From an uncultured bacterium (GTDB lineage: Bacteria; Babelota; Babeliae; Babelales; Vermiphilaceae), in the NCBI GenBank assembly GCA_963695335.1, contig OY968764.1, positions 1,152,001 through 1,216,000 of the forward strand: 64,000 nucleotides of DNA, given 5' to 3'. The stretch's first letter is position 1; each line of letters opens with the position of its first letter. Below, one piece after another: positions 48,475 to 57,334 of the stretch. Position numbers and translations under genes: made by a program. The notes under the pieces are model-generated. The model saw only the letters and a program-made list of their open reading frames with translations, did not search any database and had not been told where the DNA came from.

Positions 48475-49881
48475 CTACTGTAACTGCTCACGCAAAAACT
48501 CCTCATCCATAAAATGCGCCAAAACCTGCACAAAATCTTCTTTAATATGCTGTAAATCTTCTTGTGTATTAGCCTCAAAGCGGATAGAAAGTACCGGTTG
48601 TGTATTAGATGCGCGTACAAGACCCCATCCATAATCAGTAATCACCTTGACGCCATCAATAGTTACAAGCTTTACATTTTTTTGTTGAGAAAATAAATCT
48701 TTTACACCATCAACCACTTTATTCTTTATATCTTCAGCACATGCAATCCTGAATTCTGGCGATGTAACTTTGTGAGGAAACACCGTTAACAACTCTGTTA
48801 AACTCTTACCCGATTGAACAAGTAATTCAATCAATCTGAACATCGCATACACGCCATCATCATACCCAAAATGTTTATCTCTAAAAAAGAAATGGCAACT
48901 TGTTTCGCCACCAAGCATTGCATTATTCTTTTGCATACTCTCTTCTATAATTGAATGCCCAACCGGTGTTACAATTGTATGTGCGCCCCATTTTTCTAAA
49001 AGTTCAGTTAATCCAGAAGAGCAGACAATATTATACACCACTGTCATACCCGGATATTCTTTAATCATCGGTTGCGCGAACAATGCAATCATTTTGTCGC
49101 CTGGGACCAATTCACCTTCTTTGGTCATAGCACCCATGCGATCAGCATCACCATCAAAACCAATACCAACTGTTGCATCTGTTGACTGCAATGCGTGTAA
49201 CACATGTTGCATATTTTTAATATGCGTTGGATCAGCTTCATGATTAGGAAATGTGCCATCAACATCTGCGCACAAAAGTTGCGCATTTTTCCACTGCATT
49301 ACTTTAACAATATCAGGTATTACAACACCCGCCGCACCATTACCGCAATCAATTACTGCATCTATCGATGCATTTTTAAGATGGGAAAATTTTTCTGCAT
49401 GCCATGCAATGTAATCATCTTTAATCATATGTTCTTTGTATGTACCAGGTTGCGCAGCACTCAACTGTTTTTTTGCAAAATACAGTTTTGCCAACTCTTT
49501 AATCTGTGCACCCCACAAAGAATGCGTACCCAATAATATTTTTAAACCATTATATTCTTTGGGATTATGAGAAGCTGTCACCATCACCGCCGCATCAACA
49601 GGCATTGTGTTTGTTGCAAAATAAATCATGGGAGATGAACACACTCCCACAAAAATCACACCCATACCACTATCAACTAACGCACGGCACATATGCTCTT
49701 TTATTGCTGGTGAACTTTCTCTCCCATCCATTCCTACAACAACAGTTTTTACATGATTATTCAATTGATTTAAATAAAACGCTACCGCTTTGCCCAAATC
49801 ATATACGGCATCAATAACCAGTTCATCATTCACTAAACCACGAATGTCATATTCTCTAAAAATTGTTTCTTTCATCATCAT
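48475..49881 (-). CDS. Phosphomannomutase/phosphoglucomutase
   Basis: FREYDIRG, TASHNP, FDGDADR, RASNTQP. Confidence 0.95.
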   Translation of the reverse strand: MMMKETIFREYDIRGLVNDELVIDAVYDLGKAVAFYLNQLNNHVKTVVVGMDGRESSPAIKEHMCRALVDSGMGVIFVGVCSSPMIYFATNTMPVDAAVMVTASHNPKEYNGLKILLGTHSLWGAQIKELAKLYFAKKQLSAAQPGTYKEHMIKDDYIAWHAEKFSHLKNASIDAVIDCGNGAAGVVIPDIVKVMQWKNAQLLCADVDGTFPNHEADPTHIKNMQHVLHALQSTDATVGIGFDGDADRMGAMTKEGELVPGDKMIALFAQPMIKEYPGMTVVYNIVCSSGLTELLEKWGAHTIVTPVGHSIIEESMQKNNAMLGGETSCHFFFRDKHFGYDDGVYAMFRLIELLVQSGKSLTELLTVFPHKVTSPEFRIACAEDIKNKVVDGVKDLFSQQKNVKLVTIDGVKVITDYGWGLVRASNTQPVLSIRFEANTQEDLQHIKEDFVQVLAHFMDEEFLREQLQ

Positions 49882-49894
49882 ATTTTACTCTCCA

Positions 49895-50809
49895 CTACTT
49901 TTTTTCAGCTTGCTGTTTTGCATATTGATCATCTATGGCTTTTCTCATTTCAGATTCTAAAGAATTATAGGAAATATATCTACTATGATAAGGTGTTTTT
50001 TGTTCCACTTGTTCCAATCCAACACTCTTTTTAAAGAATTTATAATCTTCAGGAATAGTTACTCCCGTTATATAAAAATTTTTTACTCGATCCCACTTAT
50101 CACAACAATGCGTAATTCTTACGTTTTTTGATTGCAAACAAGCTTTTGCTAATACAGGATATTGCAATAACACAGACAAACTTTGACCATGATATGATTC
50201 TAAATCATTAGGATTTGTATAATAATAAAAATAACAACGATAGCGCGATTCATTACCATCAAGAGCAAGACAATATTGCGCAAAAGAACGACCACGGCCA
50301 TCACAAGTTCGAGTTATTCCATATCCATAAAAAGAAGCGCGTCCATCTTCATCAAAAAATGGACGTAGATTATCTTCAAAGATAGGGAAGTAAAAACCTT
50401 CCCATGCAGTACATCGTGTTATTACCTGATTATCACATTTCCCAACTAAAGTTAATTGTAAAACTTTTAAAACAGCAGCGTCACCATCATATGTTACCCA
50501 TGCACATTTGCTAAAATCTTTATTCCACGATCTTGCGCCAATCACTCGTGGCAGCTCATCTTTATTTTTTTGTATATATTCTTCAATACCTTTTTTTTCC
50601 GGCCAATACCTATTTTCTACCGCTTTATTACATTTTTTATTAATCAAACTCAATGCACGCTGTGCATGATAATCATCATATGGCAAATTATAAGCTACAA
50701 TTTCTAATACCTGTTTGTTGTCTCCATCTTCAACAATCTCCATGCCATACAATGAGCATTGCACACCGCACAACAAGAAGATCAATAATCGTACTCTCAA
50801 CACATGCAT
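49895..50809 (-). CDS. Hypothetical secreted protein (paralog of 50857..51630)
   Basis: LRVRLLIFLLCG..YGMEIVE; shared WN.D..KCAWVT, FYFP.FED..RP.F. Confidence 0.7.
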   Translation of the reverse strand: MHVLRVRLLIFLLCGVQCSLYGMEIVEDGDNKQVLEIVAYNLPYDDYHAQRALSLINKKCNKAVENRYWPEKKGIEEYIQKNKDELPRVIGARSWNKDFSKCAWVTYDGDAAVLKVLQLTLVGKCDNQVITRCTAWEGFYFPIFEDNLRPFFDEDGRASFYGYGITRTCDGRGRSFAQYCLALDGNESRYRCYFYYYTNPNDLESYHGQSLSVLLQYPVLAKACLQSKNVRITHCCDKWDRVKNFYITGVTIPEDYKFFKKSVGLEQVEQKTPYHSRYISYNSLESEMRKAIDDQYAKQQAEKK

Positions 50810-50856
50810 ATTATTTTTCCTATAAATTTTGATTGTTTTTTTCACGCTGTTGCTCT

Positions 50857-51630
50857 TTACCATCCCTGTACCTGAAATGCAGCTTTCAAGCTCATTGGTA
50901 AATCATCATACGATCCATATCTCTTAAACTCTTGAATTTCCAGCTCATCCAATTCATCTTCAATTTTTTCCAACCCTAGATGCTGTTTATATTTTTTATA
51001 ATCTTTAGGAAAGTTACTCGGTTCTGGATAAAATGCCTTTTTACAACCATCATTAAACTCACGTTTAAATACCTTTGTTGATTGCAACAATGCTTTCATC
51101 AATACAGGAAAATGCAATAATCCCGTAAGAGTTTTAAAATAATCAAACCTCATACTCCCAGAAGGAGTGTAACAAATACATTCATAATGTTCTGCTGTAC
51201 CATCCACATCAAGAGAATATTCACCAACAAAATTAAACGTTACATCATCTTCATCTTCTACGTTTCCATATCCATAAAAACAAGCTCGTCCATCTTTAAA
51301 CCATGGACGAACATCGTCCTCAAAAACAGGGAAATAAAAATTACGCCACGAACGAGTATTGCTTACAATACGCTTACCACCATCCACTAAACCAACTACC
51401 GTAAGTTTTAAATTTTTTGCACGAAAAGAGTTAGTATCAAAAGTTACCCATGCACATTTATTACCATCTGTATTCCATGTTTGAGAACCCGTAACAGAAA
51501 TTGTTTTACGACGTATAAAATCTTCAATTTGATCTTTTTTAATAACTTCCATGCTGCGCAATAATACACTGCACACGCCGCACAATAAAAATAATAACAG
51601 TCGTACTCTTAATAAACTCAACGCAAACAT
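50857..51630 (-). CDS. Hypothetical secreted protein (paralog of 49895..50809)
   Basis: LRVRLLLFLLCG..RSMEV; shared motifs. Confidence 0.7.
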   Translation of the reverse strand: MFALSLLRVRLLLFLLCGVCSVLLRSMEVIKKDQIEDFIRRKTISVTGSQTWNTDGNKCAWVTFDTNSFRAKNLKLTVVGLVDGGKRIVSNTRSWRNFYFPVFEDDVRPWFKDGRACFYGYGNVEDEDDVTFNFVGEYSLDVDGTAEHYECICYTPSGSMRFDYFKTLTGLLHFPVLMKALLQSTKVFKREFNDGCKKAFYPEPSNFPKDYKKYKQHLGLEKIEDELDELEIQEFKRYGSYDDLPMSLKAAFQVQGW

Positions 51631-51651
51631 AATTTTCCTTTACATTATTTC

Positions 51652-53028
51652 TTATACAAACGCGTACAGAGCTGCAACACCTGCCAAAACCGCCACCAGT
51701 GCTCTCGCATACATCTTTTTCATTTGACATGTGCACGTATAAAAATCATCTTTTTCTTCATCAGATACTATTTCTTGATCTTCATCAACAGTACTTTCTT
51801 CATCAGATATTGCTTTTTGATTTGCCAAAGCCCAGGCAGCAATTTTACTTTGATTTTTGCGTATAATTTCATTTACCTTTTTTTCATGCACCAACTCAGA
51901 GCACCATAAAAATGTATCCATGATACTCCATATGATCTCTTTAGGAATTTTCATAGAATAATTCTTTAGTCCACAAAATAATGCATAACAACGCTGTCCT
52001 GTGTCCTGTATACATATCGCTGTACGAGGCACACCACACCGATCTATTTTACGCCCAACACTCGCAATCATGCTTTCATAATCAGGAGAAAAACATAGCA
52101 GCTGATCACGATTGTTACGGTCTTTCCACAGCATTTTTTCATCAGTTCTGTAGTGTAGTAATTTTAATAATAATCGCTTCTTTTTATAATCCCAAAATTC
52201 GATGCATCCATCATTTCTTAATAATGCTGCAGTAATATCATTTTTATGGAATGCAATTGCAATATAAAAAATATCGTCATTCTTATTTTTTTCTTCACTA
52301 GAAATTTCAAATTCATCAATCTTTTGATTGCCTTTTAGCAGAAAACGATATTTTTTTCCGCACATATTAATGGCAAGCCAAGTACCATCATAATTAAATT
52401 CTCCTTGAGGAAATCTTTCGGAATAAGTATAAGGCAAAAGATGCAATTTAAAATTACCCATCCTTTCATGCTCTTTTTCTCTCATATTATCAAGATCTGT
52501 AATAATTATAGGATGTCTCGTCCCTTCAACCATTATAGGAGCATTGAATTGACGAGGATCTCTCTGATACTGAGATAATTCTTGTGTAATACTGTGATAC
52601 TTACACACAATATAAGGATAGTTGTTCTCATAACAGATATTTAACTGATCATTGGACCAAGAAATTTGGTGATCCCAACCAAAATGCAATTCTTGCTCAA
52701 ACTCTTTCTCTTTTTTAATATCACCAGTTATATCGTAAAGAACTATTTTTTTGGCTTTTACCAACGCCAATTTTTTGTTATTGGGAGATATGGCCATATC
52801 AAAAATAGGATCTTGATGAGAGCAATCATTATCATCATCAGAAAGAATAGATGACATTCCAGTCTTGGTTGAATATACTTCACAACAATGATCGCCAGCT
52901 ATAATAATTGTATCATTCTTGGAAAAACTGAGTACTTTAATACGCGAATTTTTTGTAGGAATTTCCATTGCGCTGCACAATGGAACAAAAGAGATAACAG
53001 ATAATATAATAATAGCCCTAAAATTCAT
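51652..53028 (-). CDS. Secreted WD40-like beta-propeller protein with F-box-like segment and C-terminal TM
   Basis: SAMEIP leader; MAISPNNKKLA, DGCIEFWD, CFSPD; KIPKEIIWSIM. Confidence 0.6.
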   Translation of the reverse strand: MNFRAIIILSVISFVPLCSAMEIPTKNSRIKVLSFSKNDTIIIAGDHCCEVYSTKTGMSSILSDDDNDCSHQDPIFDMAISPNNKKLALVKAKKIVLYDITGDIKKEKEFEQELHFGWDHQISWSNDQLNICYENNYPYIVCKYHSITQELSQYQRDPRQFNAPIMVEGTRHPIIITDLDNMREKEHERMGNFKLHLLPYTYSERFPQGEFNYDGTWLAINMCGKKYRFLLKGNQKIDEFEISSEEKNKNDDIFYIAIAFHKNDITAALLRNDGCIEFWDYKKKRLLLKLLHYRTDEKMLWKDRNNRDQLLCFSPDYESMIASVGRKIDRCGVPRTAICIQDTGQRCYALFCGLKNYSMKIPKEIIWSIMDTFLWCSELVHEKKVNEIIRKNQSKIAAWALANQKAISDEESTVDEDQEIVSDEEKDDFYTCTCQMKKMYARALVAVLAGVAALYAFV

Positions 53029-53084
53029 ACAATCTCCCTAATCATGGTACACTTATTTTATGTAAAAATTATAAGAAAGAATAT

Positions 53085-55796
53085 ATGATTCCACAGAAAC
53101 TACAAATTAAAAACTTTCTCAGTTACGGCCCTAACTTACAAACAATTGATTTTACAAACCATTCCCTTATTTGTCTTTCTGGCAAAAATGGTCACGGTAA
53201 ATCAGCACTGCTTGATGCAATGACATGGGCAATCTGGGGACAAGCACGCAAAGTATCTGGTGCAGCAAAAGCAGATCAGGGTTTGCTTAGATTAGGCCAA
53301 ACACAAATGCTCGTAGTTCTTGACTTTTTATTTGGTGGTAAACAGTACCGCATACGCCGCGAATATATGGAAACATACGGCAAACCGGTTAATATTCTTG
53401 AATTTGGAATGGTAGACGTTGAATCAGACAGTCTTATTCCACTGACTGACAAAACAATTCGTACAACACAAGAAAAAATTGAACAAACATTACGCCTTGA
53501 TTTTGATTCATTTTCTAATTCAGCATTTTTGCGCCAAGGTAGTTCAAATGAATTTTCAAAAAAATCAGCCAAAGACCGCAAACAAATTTTAGCTACCATC
53601 TTAGGCCTTGATCAGTATGAAGTTATTCGTAAACTGGCACTGGAAAAAGTGAAAGATGCATTCAACAAAAAAACCGTGCTCATGGCGTTGCAAGAAAAAA
53701 GATCACAAGATCTGACAACACAAGAAACACTCAATGCAGAACTTGATCGGCTTAAAACGGAAATGAAAACGCTCACCACGACAGAGCAAACACTACTCAA
53801 TCACCAAAAACAACTTGTTCAACAACGCACTGCATATGACGAACAACAAAAACAACACCACAACCTCTCATTTCAATTACAACAACTTACTCAACAAGCA
53901 ACAACGCATAAACAACAACTCCTTGAGCTGTTTACCCAATGGCGCCAGATCAACAAAAAAAAACAGTCACTTGCCAATATTCAACAACTGCAACACGCAA
54001 AAAACAAAATCGTTACCGCAATTGCAACGCACCAAAAACTCTTACAAGAAAACCTTGAGCATCGTCAAACAATGCTGACTATCACACAACAACTAAACGC
54101 CATTGAACAACAATACAAAGATGAACAGGTCAAACAAAGCCACATAGTACAACTTGAGTTGGAACGATTGCGTGCAGAATACAAAAATCTGCAAACAATT
54201 ATCCAAAATAATACACAACAACTGACGCAGCTAAACAATGATGATGCAGTTCTTGCTGCACAAATAAAAGCACACGAACAAGAACTATCAAAAATAAAAT
54301 GTAATGCTCAAGATATTGCTCACGCAGAAGCACTGCTGGAAAAACGCAAAGCAACATATCAACACTTTGTTTCACTGGGCAATTGGATGAATAGTGAACT
54401 TAACAGCTTAATCAACAAAAAAAAGTTGGTGCATGGGGAAGATTCAAGCTGCCCACTGTGCGATCAGAATTTATCAGCTTCACGCAGAAGACTTTTGAAA
54501 CTTAACTTTGATAAACAAGAATCATTTTTAGCACATAGATTACGTCGCCTGAAACGCATTATTCCGATCATCAAAGAAACATTAATTACCCAACACGCAA
54601 TGATTACCAAAGATAAAGAACAACTGCAACAAGCTGCGCAACTGAACACAAAAATAACTGATGCACACAATGCACGCACAAAAATAGCTGAGCAAATTAC
54701 GCAATTAACAACAGCATCTGCGCAAACAGATGCCAAAACAGCGGAACATACGCACGCAATTGCCACAAAAGAAAAAGAAATTGCGCAACAACAAACTGCA
54801 ACGTTCACAATCAATAACCCAGACTATCTCAAACTGTTGCAGCAAAAAAAACTGTTAGAACAACAATTGCGCAGTCATCAATACAAAGAAGAAGATTATA
54901 AAAAAGATCAAGAACAGCTGACACAAATCGAACTGCAACTTACTGAGCATCAAACAGTGCAACATGATATCGCGCAACAAGAAATACGCACAAACAGTAT
55001 CAACAAATTGTGCGAAGAACTTAAAATTATCAAAAAAAATATACAAATCACTGAAAAAAAACGATCTGCGCTGAGTGATCTTCCTGCGCAACTACGCATA
55101 CTTCAAGAGCAAGAAACAAAACTTGAGTTGCAAAAAACAGAACTCAATCAAACAAAAGAATCGCTGTTGCATGCAAAGGGCAGCATAGAAAACCAACACA
55201 AACATCTGCAAAAAATAAAACAAGAGTTTGAACAAGAACAGACCAATATCGCACAACAGGACGCGATTATGGATGATTATCAAACAATTGCAACCGCAAC
55301 AGGAAAAGATGGTATTCAAGCGCTCCTTATTGAAGAAGCAATTCCAGAAATTGAGCAAGAAGCTAATTATTTACTTTCTCGGCTTACCAATAATCAAGCA
55401 CAAATTTTTATTGATTCATTACGCGATTTAAAAAAAGGTGGTACCAAAGAAACATTAGATATTAAAATTTCTGATCAAGCTGGTATCAGACCATATGAAC
55501 TGTTTTCTGGCGGTGAAGCGTTCCGTATTGATTTTGCATTGCGTATCGCAATTTCTAAACTTCTTGCACGCCGTGCTGGAACTGCATTGCAAACCCTCAT
55601 AATTGATGAAGGTTTTGGGTCGCAAGATGAAGAAGGTTTGGGACATATTATGGATGCATTGCACAAAATACAAGATGATTTTTCTAAAATTATTATTGTA
55701 TCCCATTTACCAAGTATGAAAGATCAGTTTCCCGTGCAATTTTATATTGAAAAAGGTGTACAAGGTAGTACGGTGAGCATTATTGAACAGGGGTAA
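53085..55796 (+). CDS. sbcC: SbcC/Rad50-like SMC ATPase
   Basis: GKNGHGKS, zinc hook CPLC, FSGGE, IDEGFGSQD. Confidence 0.92.
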   Translation: MIPQKLQIKNFLSYGPNLQTIDFTNHSLICLSGKNGHGKSALLDAMTWAIWGQARKVSGAAKADQGLLRLGQTQMLVVLDFLFGGKQYRIRREYMETYGKPVNILEFGMVDVESDSLIPLTDKTIRTTQEKIEQTLRLDFDSFSNSAFLRQGSSNEFSKKSAKDRKQILATILGLDQYEVIRKLALEKVKDAFNKKTVLMALQEKRSQDLTTQETLNAELDRLKTEMKTLTTTEQTLLNHQKQLVQQRTAYDEQQKQHHNLSFQLQQLTQQATTHKQQLLELFTQWRQINKKKQSLANIQQLQHAKNKIVTAIATHQKLLQENLEHRQTMLTITQQLNAIEQQYKDEQVKQSHIVQLELERLRAEYKNLQTIIQNNTQQLTQLNNDDAVLAAQIKAHEQELSKIKCNAQDIAHAEALLEKRKATYQHFVSLGNWMNSELNSLINKKKLVHGEDSSCPLCDQNLSASRRRLLKLNFDKQESFLAHRLRRLKRIIPIIKETLITQHAMITKDKEQLQQAAQLNTKITDAHNARTKIAEQITQLTTASAQTDAKTAEHTHAIATKEKEIAQQQTATFTINNPDYLKLLQQKKLLEQQLRSHQYKEEDYKKDQEQLTQIELQLTEHQTVQHDIAQQEIRTNSINKLCEELKIIKKNIQITEKKRSALSDLPAQLRILQEQETKLELQKTELNQTKESLLHAKGSIENQHKHLQKIKQEFEQEQTNIAQQDAIMDDYQTIATATGKDGIQALLIEEAIPEIEQEANYLLSRLTNNQAQIFIDSLRDLKKGGTKETLDIKISDQAGIRPYELFSGGEAFRIDFALRIAISKLLARRAGTALQTLIIDEGFGSQDEEGLGHIMDALHKIQDDFSKIIIVSHLPSMKDQFPVQFYIEKGVQGSTVSIIEQG

Positions 55797-55800
55797 CCCC

Positions 55801-55911
55801 CCGTTCGCCCTGCCGTGTGCTCCGAAGCCTTTGGCGAAAATGCAAGCTTGTGGAAGAATATTCTGATTCCCCCGCGCTCGCCCTGAACTTGTTGAAGGGT
55901 ATCTTTGAGCG
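55801..55911. repeat. Family-A repeats, one interrupted by B'
   Basis: ccgttcgccctg[ccgtgtgctccgaagcctttggcgaa..]aagcttgtggaag; gcgctcgccctgaacttgttgaagg. Confidence 0.8.
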
Positions 55912-56046
55912 CATTCTTAATAACAATCGAAACACAACACAGTTACTATTCTTTATCAATGATTAAAAAAGAAAAAAGATTTTTTAAAGAAAGAAAAGAA
56001 CGCACTCGAAGATATCCTTCAACAAGTTCAGCGATTATGATCAAAG

Positions 56047-57012
56047 TCAAGTAGAATAGGCATTTTTATTAGGTGCCCACTTTCTATTTTCAGTAAGAAG
56101 AACATTAGCAAGTATAATAAACTTGCGCATTACAGCAATTAGGGCAATCTTAGATGGTTTTCCTTCTTCACGTAATCGCTCATAAAATTTCTTAAAATCT
56201 GGATTATGTTGAACAGCTGAAAGTGTAGGCATATACAGCATTTTTCGTGGTAAGGATCTACCTTCTCTAATGATAGATTTTTTCTTATAATTACCACTTT
56301 CATTGGTGTATGGAGCTACGCCTAATAAGGCTGCAACTTGCTTATTTCCAATACTTCCTAATTCAGAAAAAAAAGCAATTAACGTTGCTGATGTTCCTTT
56401 TCCAGCACCAGGAATTGATGTGATAATATTTTGCTTATGTTTCCAGTCATCATCATTATCAATTAATTGTTCTATTTCTTTTTCCAATTCCTTAACTTGT
56501 TCATCCATAAAATCAATATGTTGTTGAATTTTGTCTTTACAAAATTCAACTTGTGGATGAGCCAATCGTGTTTTTTCTCGACTGATCATTCCCGTCAAAT
56601 CACTTTTCCTTCTTATTAAAGCTTTCAATAATTCTTCATTCTCTTTTGGCACTTTAATGCGTGTTTCCTCTGATAATTCTTTTTGTTGTGCAAACAAAGC
56701 AATCATAGATGCATCAATCTTGTCTGTTTTTGCTTTTGCTCCATCTGATGCGATAAACGACTTAATTCGTTTCGGCTCAATTAGCCATACAAAATATCCA
56801 GCATTACTTAATGTACGAATCAATAATTTTTCGTATCCACCAGATGATTCACATACAACGCGAACAACATTGTACTCAGAAAATACATTAAGTATTTTAT
56901 TGAGACCAGCGGCGCTATTTGGCGTTTTAAAATATTGATTCAATGGACGTAAAAAAACATCCAAATTATCTTTTGAAATATCGACACCAACAAATATTTC
57001 TGTTAGCTTCAT
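56047..57012 (-). CDS. IS110-family DEDD recombinase/transposase
   Basis: VGVDISK, CESSGGY, AKTDKIDA, SIPGAG, GVAP..NESG. Confidence 0.96.
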   Translation of the reverse strand: MKLTEIFVGVDISKDNLDVFLRPLNQYFKTPNSAAGLNKILNVFSEYNVVRVVCESSGGYEKLLIRTLSNAGYFVWLIEPKRIKSFIASDGAKAKTDKIDASMIALFAQQKELSEETRIKVPKENEELLKALIRRKSDLTGMISREKTRLAHPQVEFCKDKIQQHIDFMDEQVKELEKEIEQLIDNDDDWKHKQNIITSIPGAGKGTSATLIAFFSELGSIGNKQVAALLGVAPYTNESGNYKKKSIIREGRSLPRKMLYMPTLSAVQHNPDFKKFYERLREEGKPSKIALIAVMRKFIILANVLLTENRKWAPNKNAYST

Positions 57013-57190
57013 AGTAATTCTTCCTCATAATACGAGCCTTGCGCTCAAGCGATTATTCGAATCTTCTACAAATCTGGTTGATAGCTCTTTAGCTGAAAAC
57101 GGTTCTTGTAACCTAGGACGAGCACAAGACGCTATCAACCTTTTTTTATAGCCTAGTTTCCTAAACCTAAAAAACTCAATAATCTACATG
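57013..57190 (-). ncRNA. Predicted IS110 bridge RNA
   Basis: Two internal loops with guides matching target (GCTCGTCCT / TTCAG) and donor (ATAATCGCT / TATGAG); closing stem ggttgatagc/gctatcaacc. Confidence 0.85.
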
Positions 57191-57334
57191 CTTTTATCAT
57201 ATGAGGACGAGCGCTAAGAATGAATAAATTTTAATTATTCTTAAATTAAATTCACGCTAAATCATAGAAAGTCAGTGAAACTTTCGAATATGCTTTAATA
57301 TAAAAGTATCTGTTTATAATACAAAGGAAAATTC

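Larger units (their letters stand above)
56030..57205 (-). mobile_element. IS110-family element inserted in a family-A repeat, CT core at both ends
   Basis: Flanks ...caacaagttc[AG] and [AG]gacgagcgc rejoin into an intact repeat; imperfect sub-terminal IRs atgatcaaagtcaagtaga / tctacatgcttttatcat. Confidence 0.93.
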
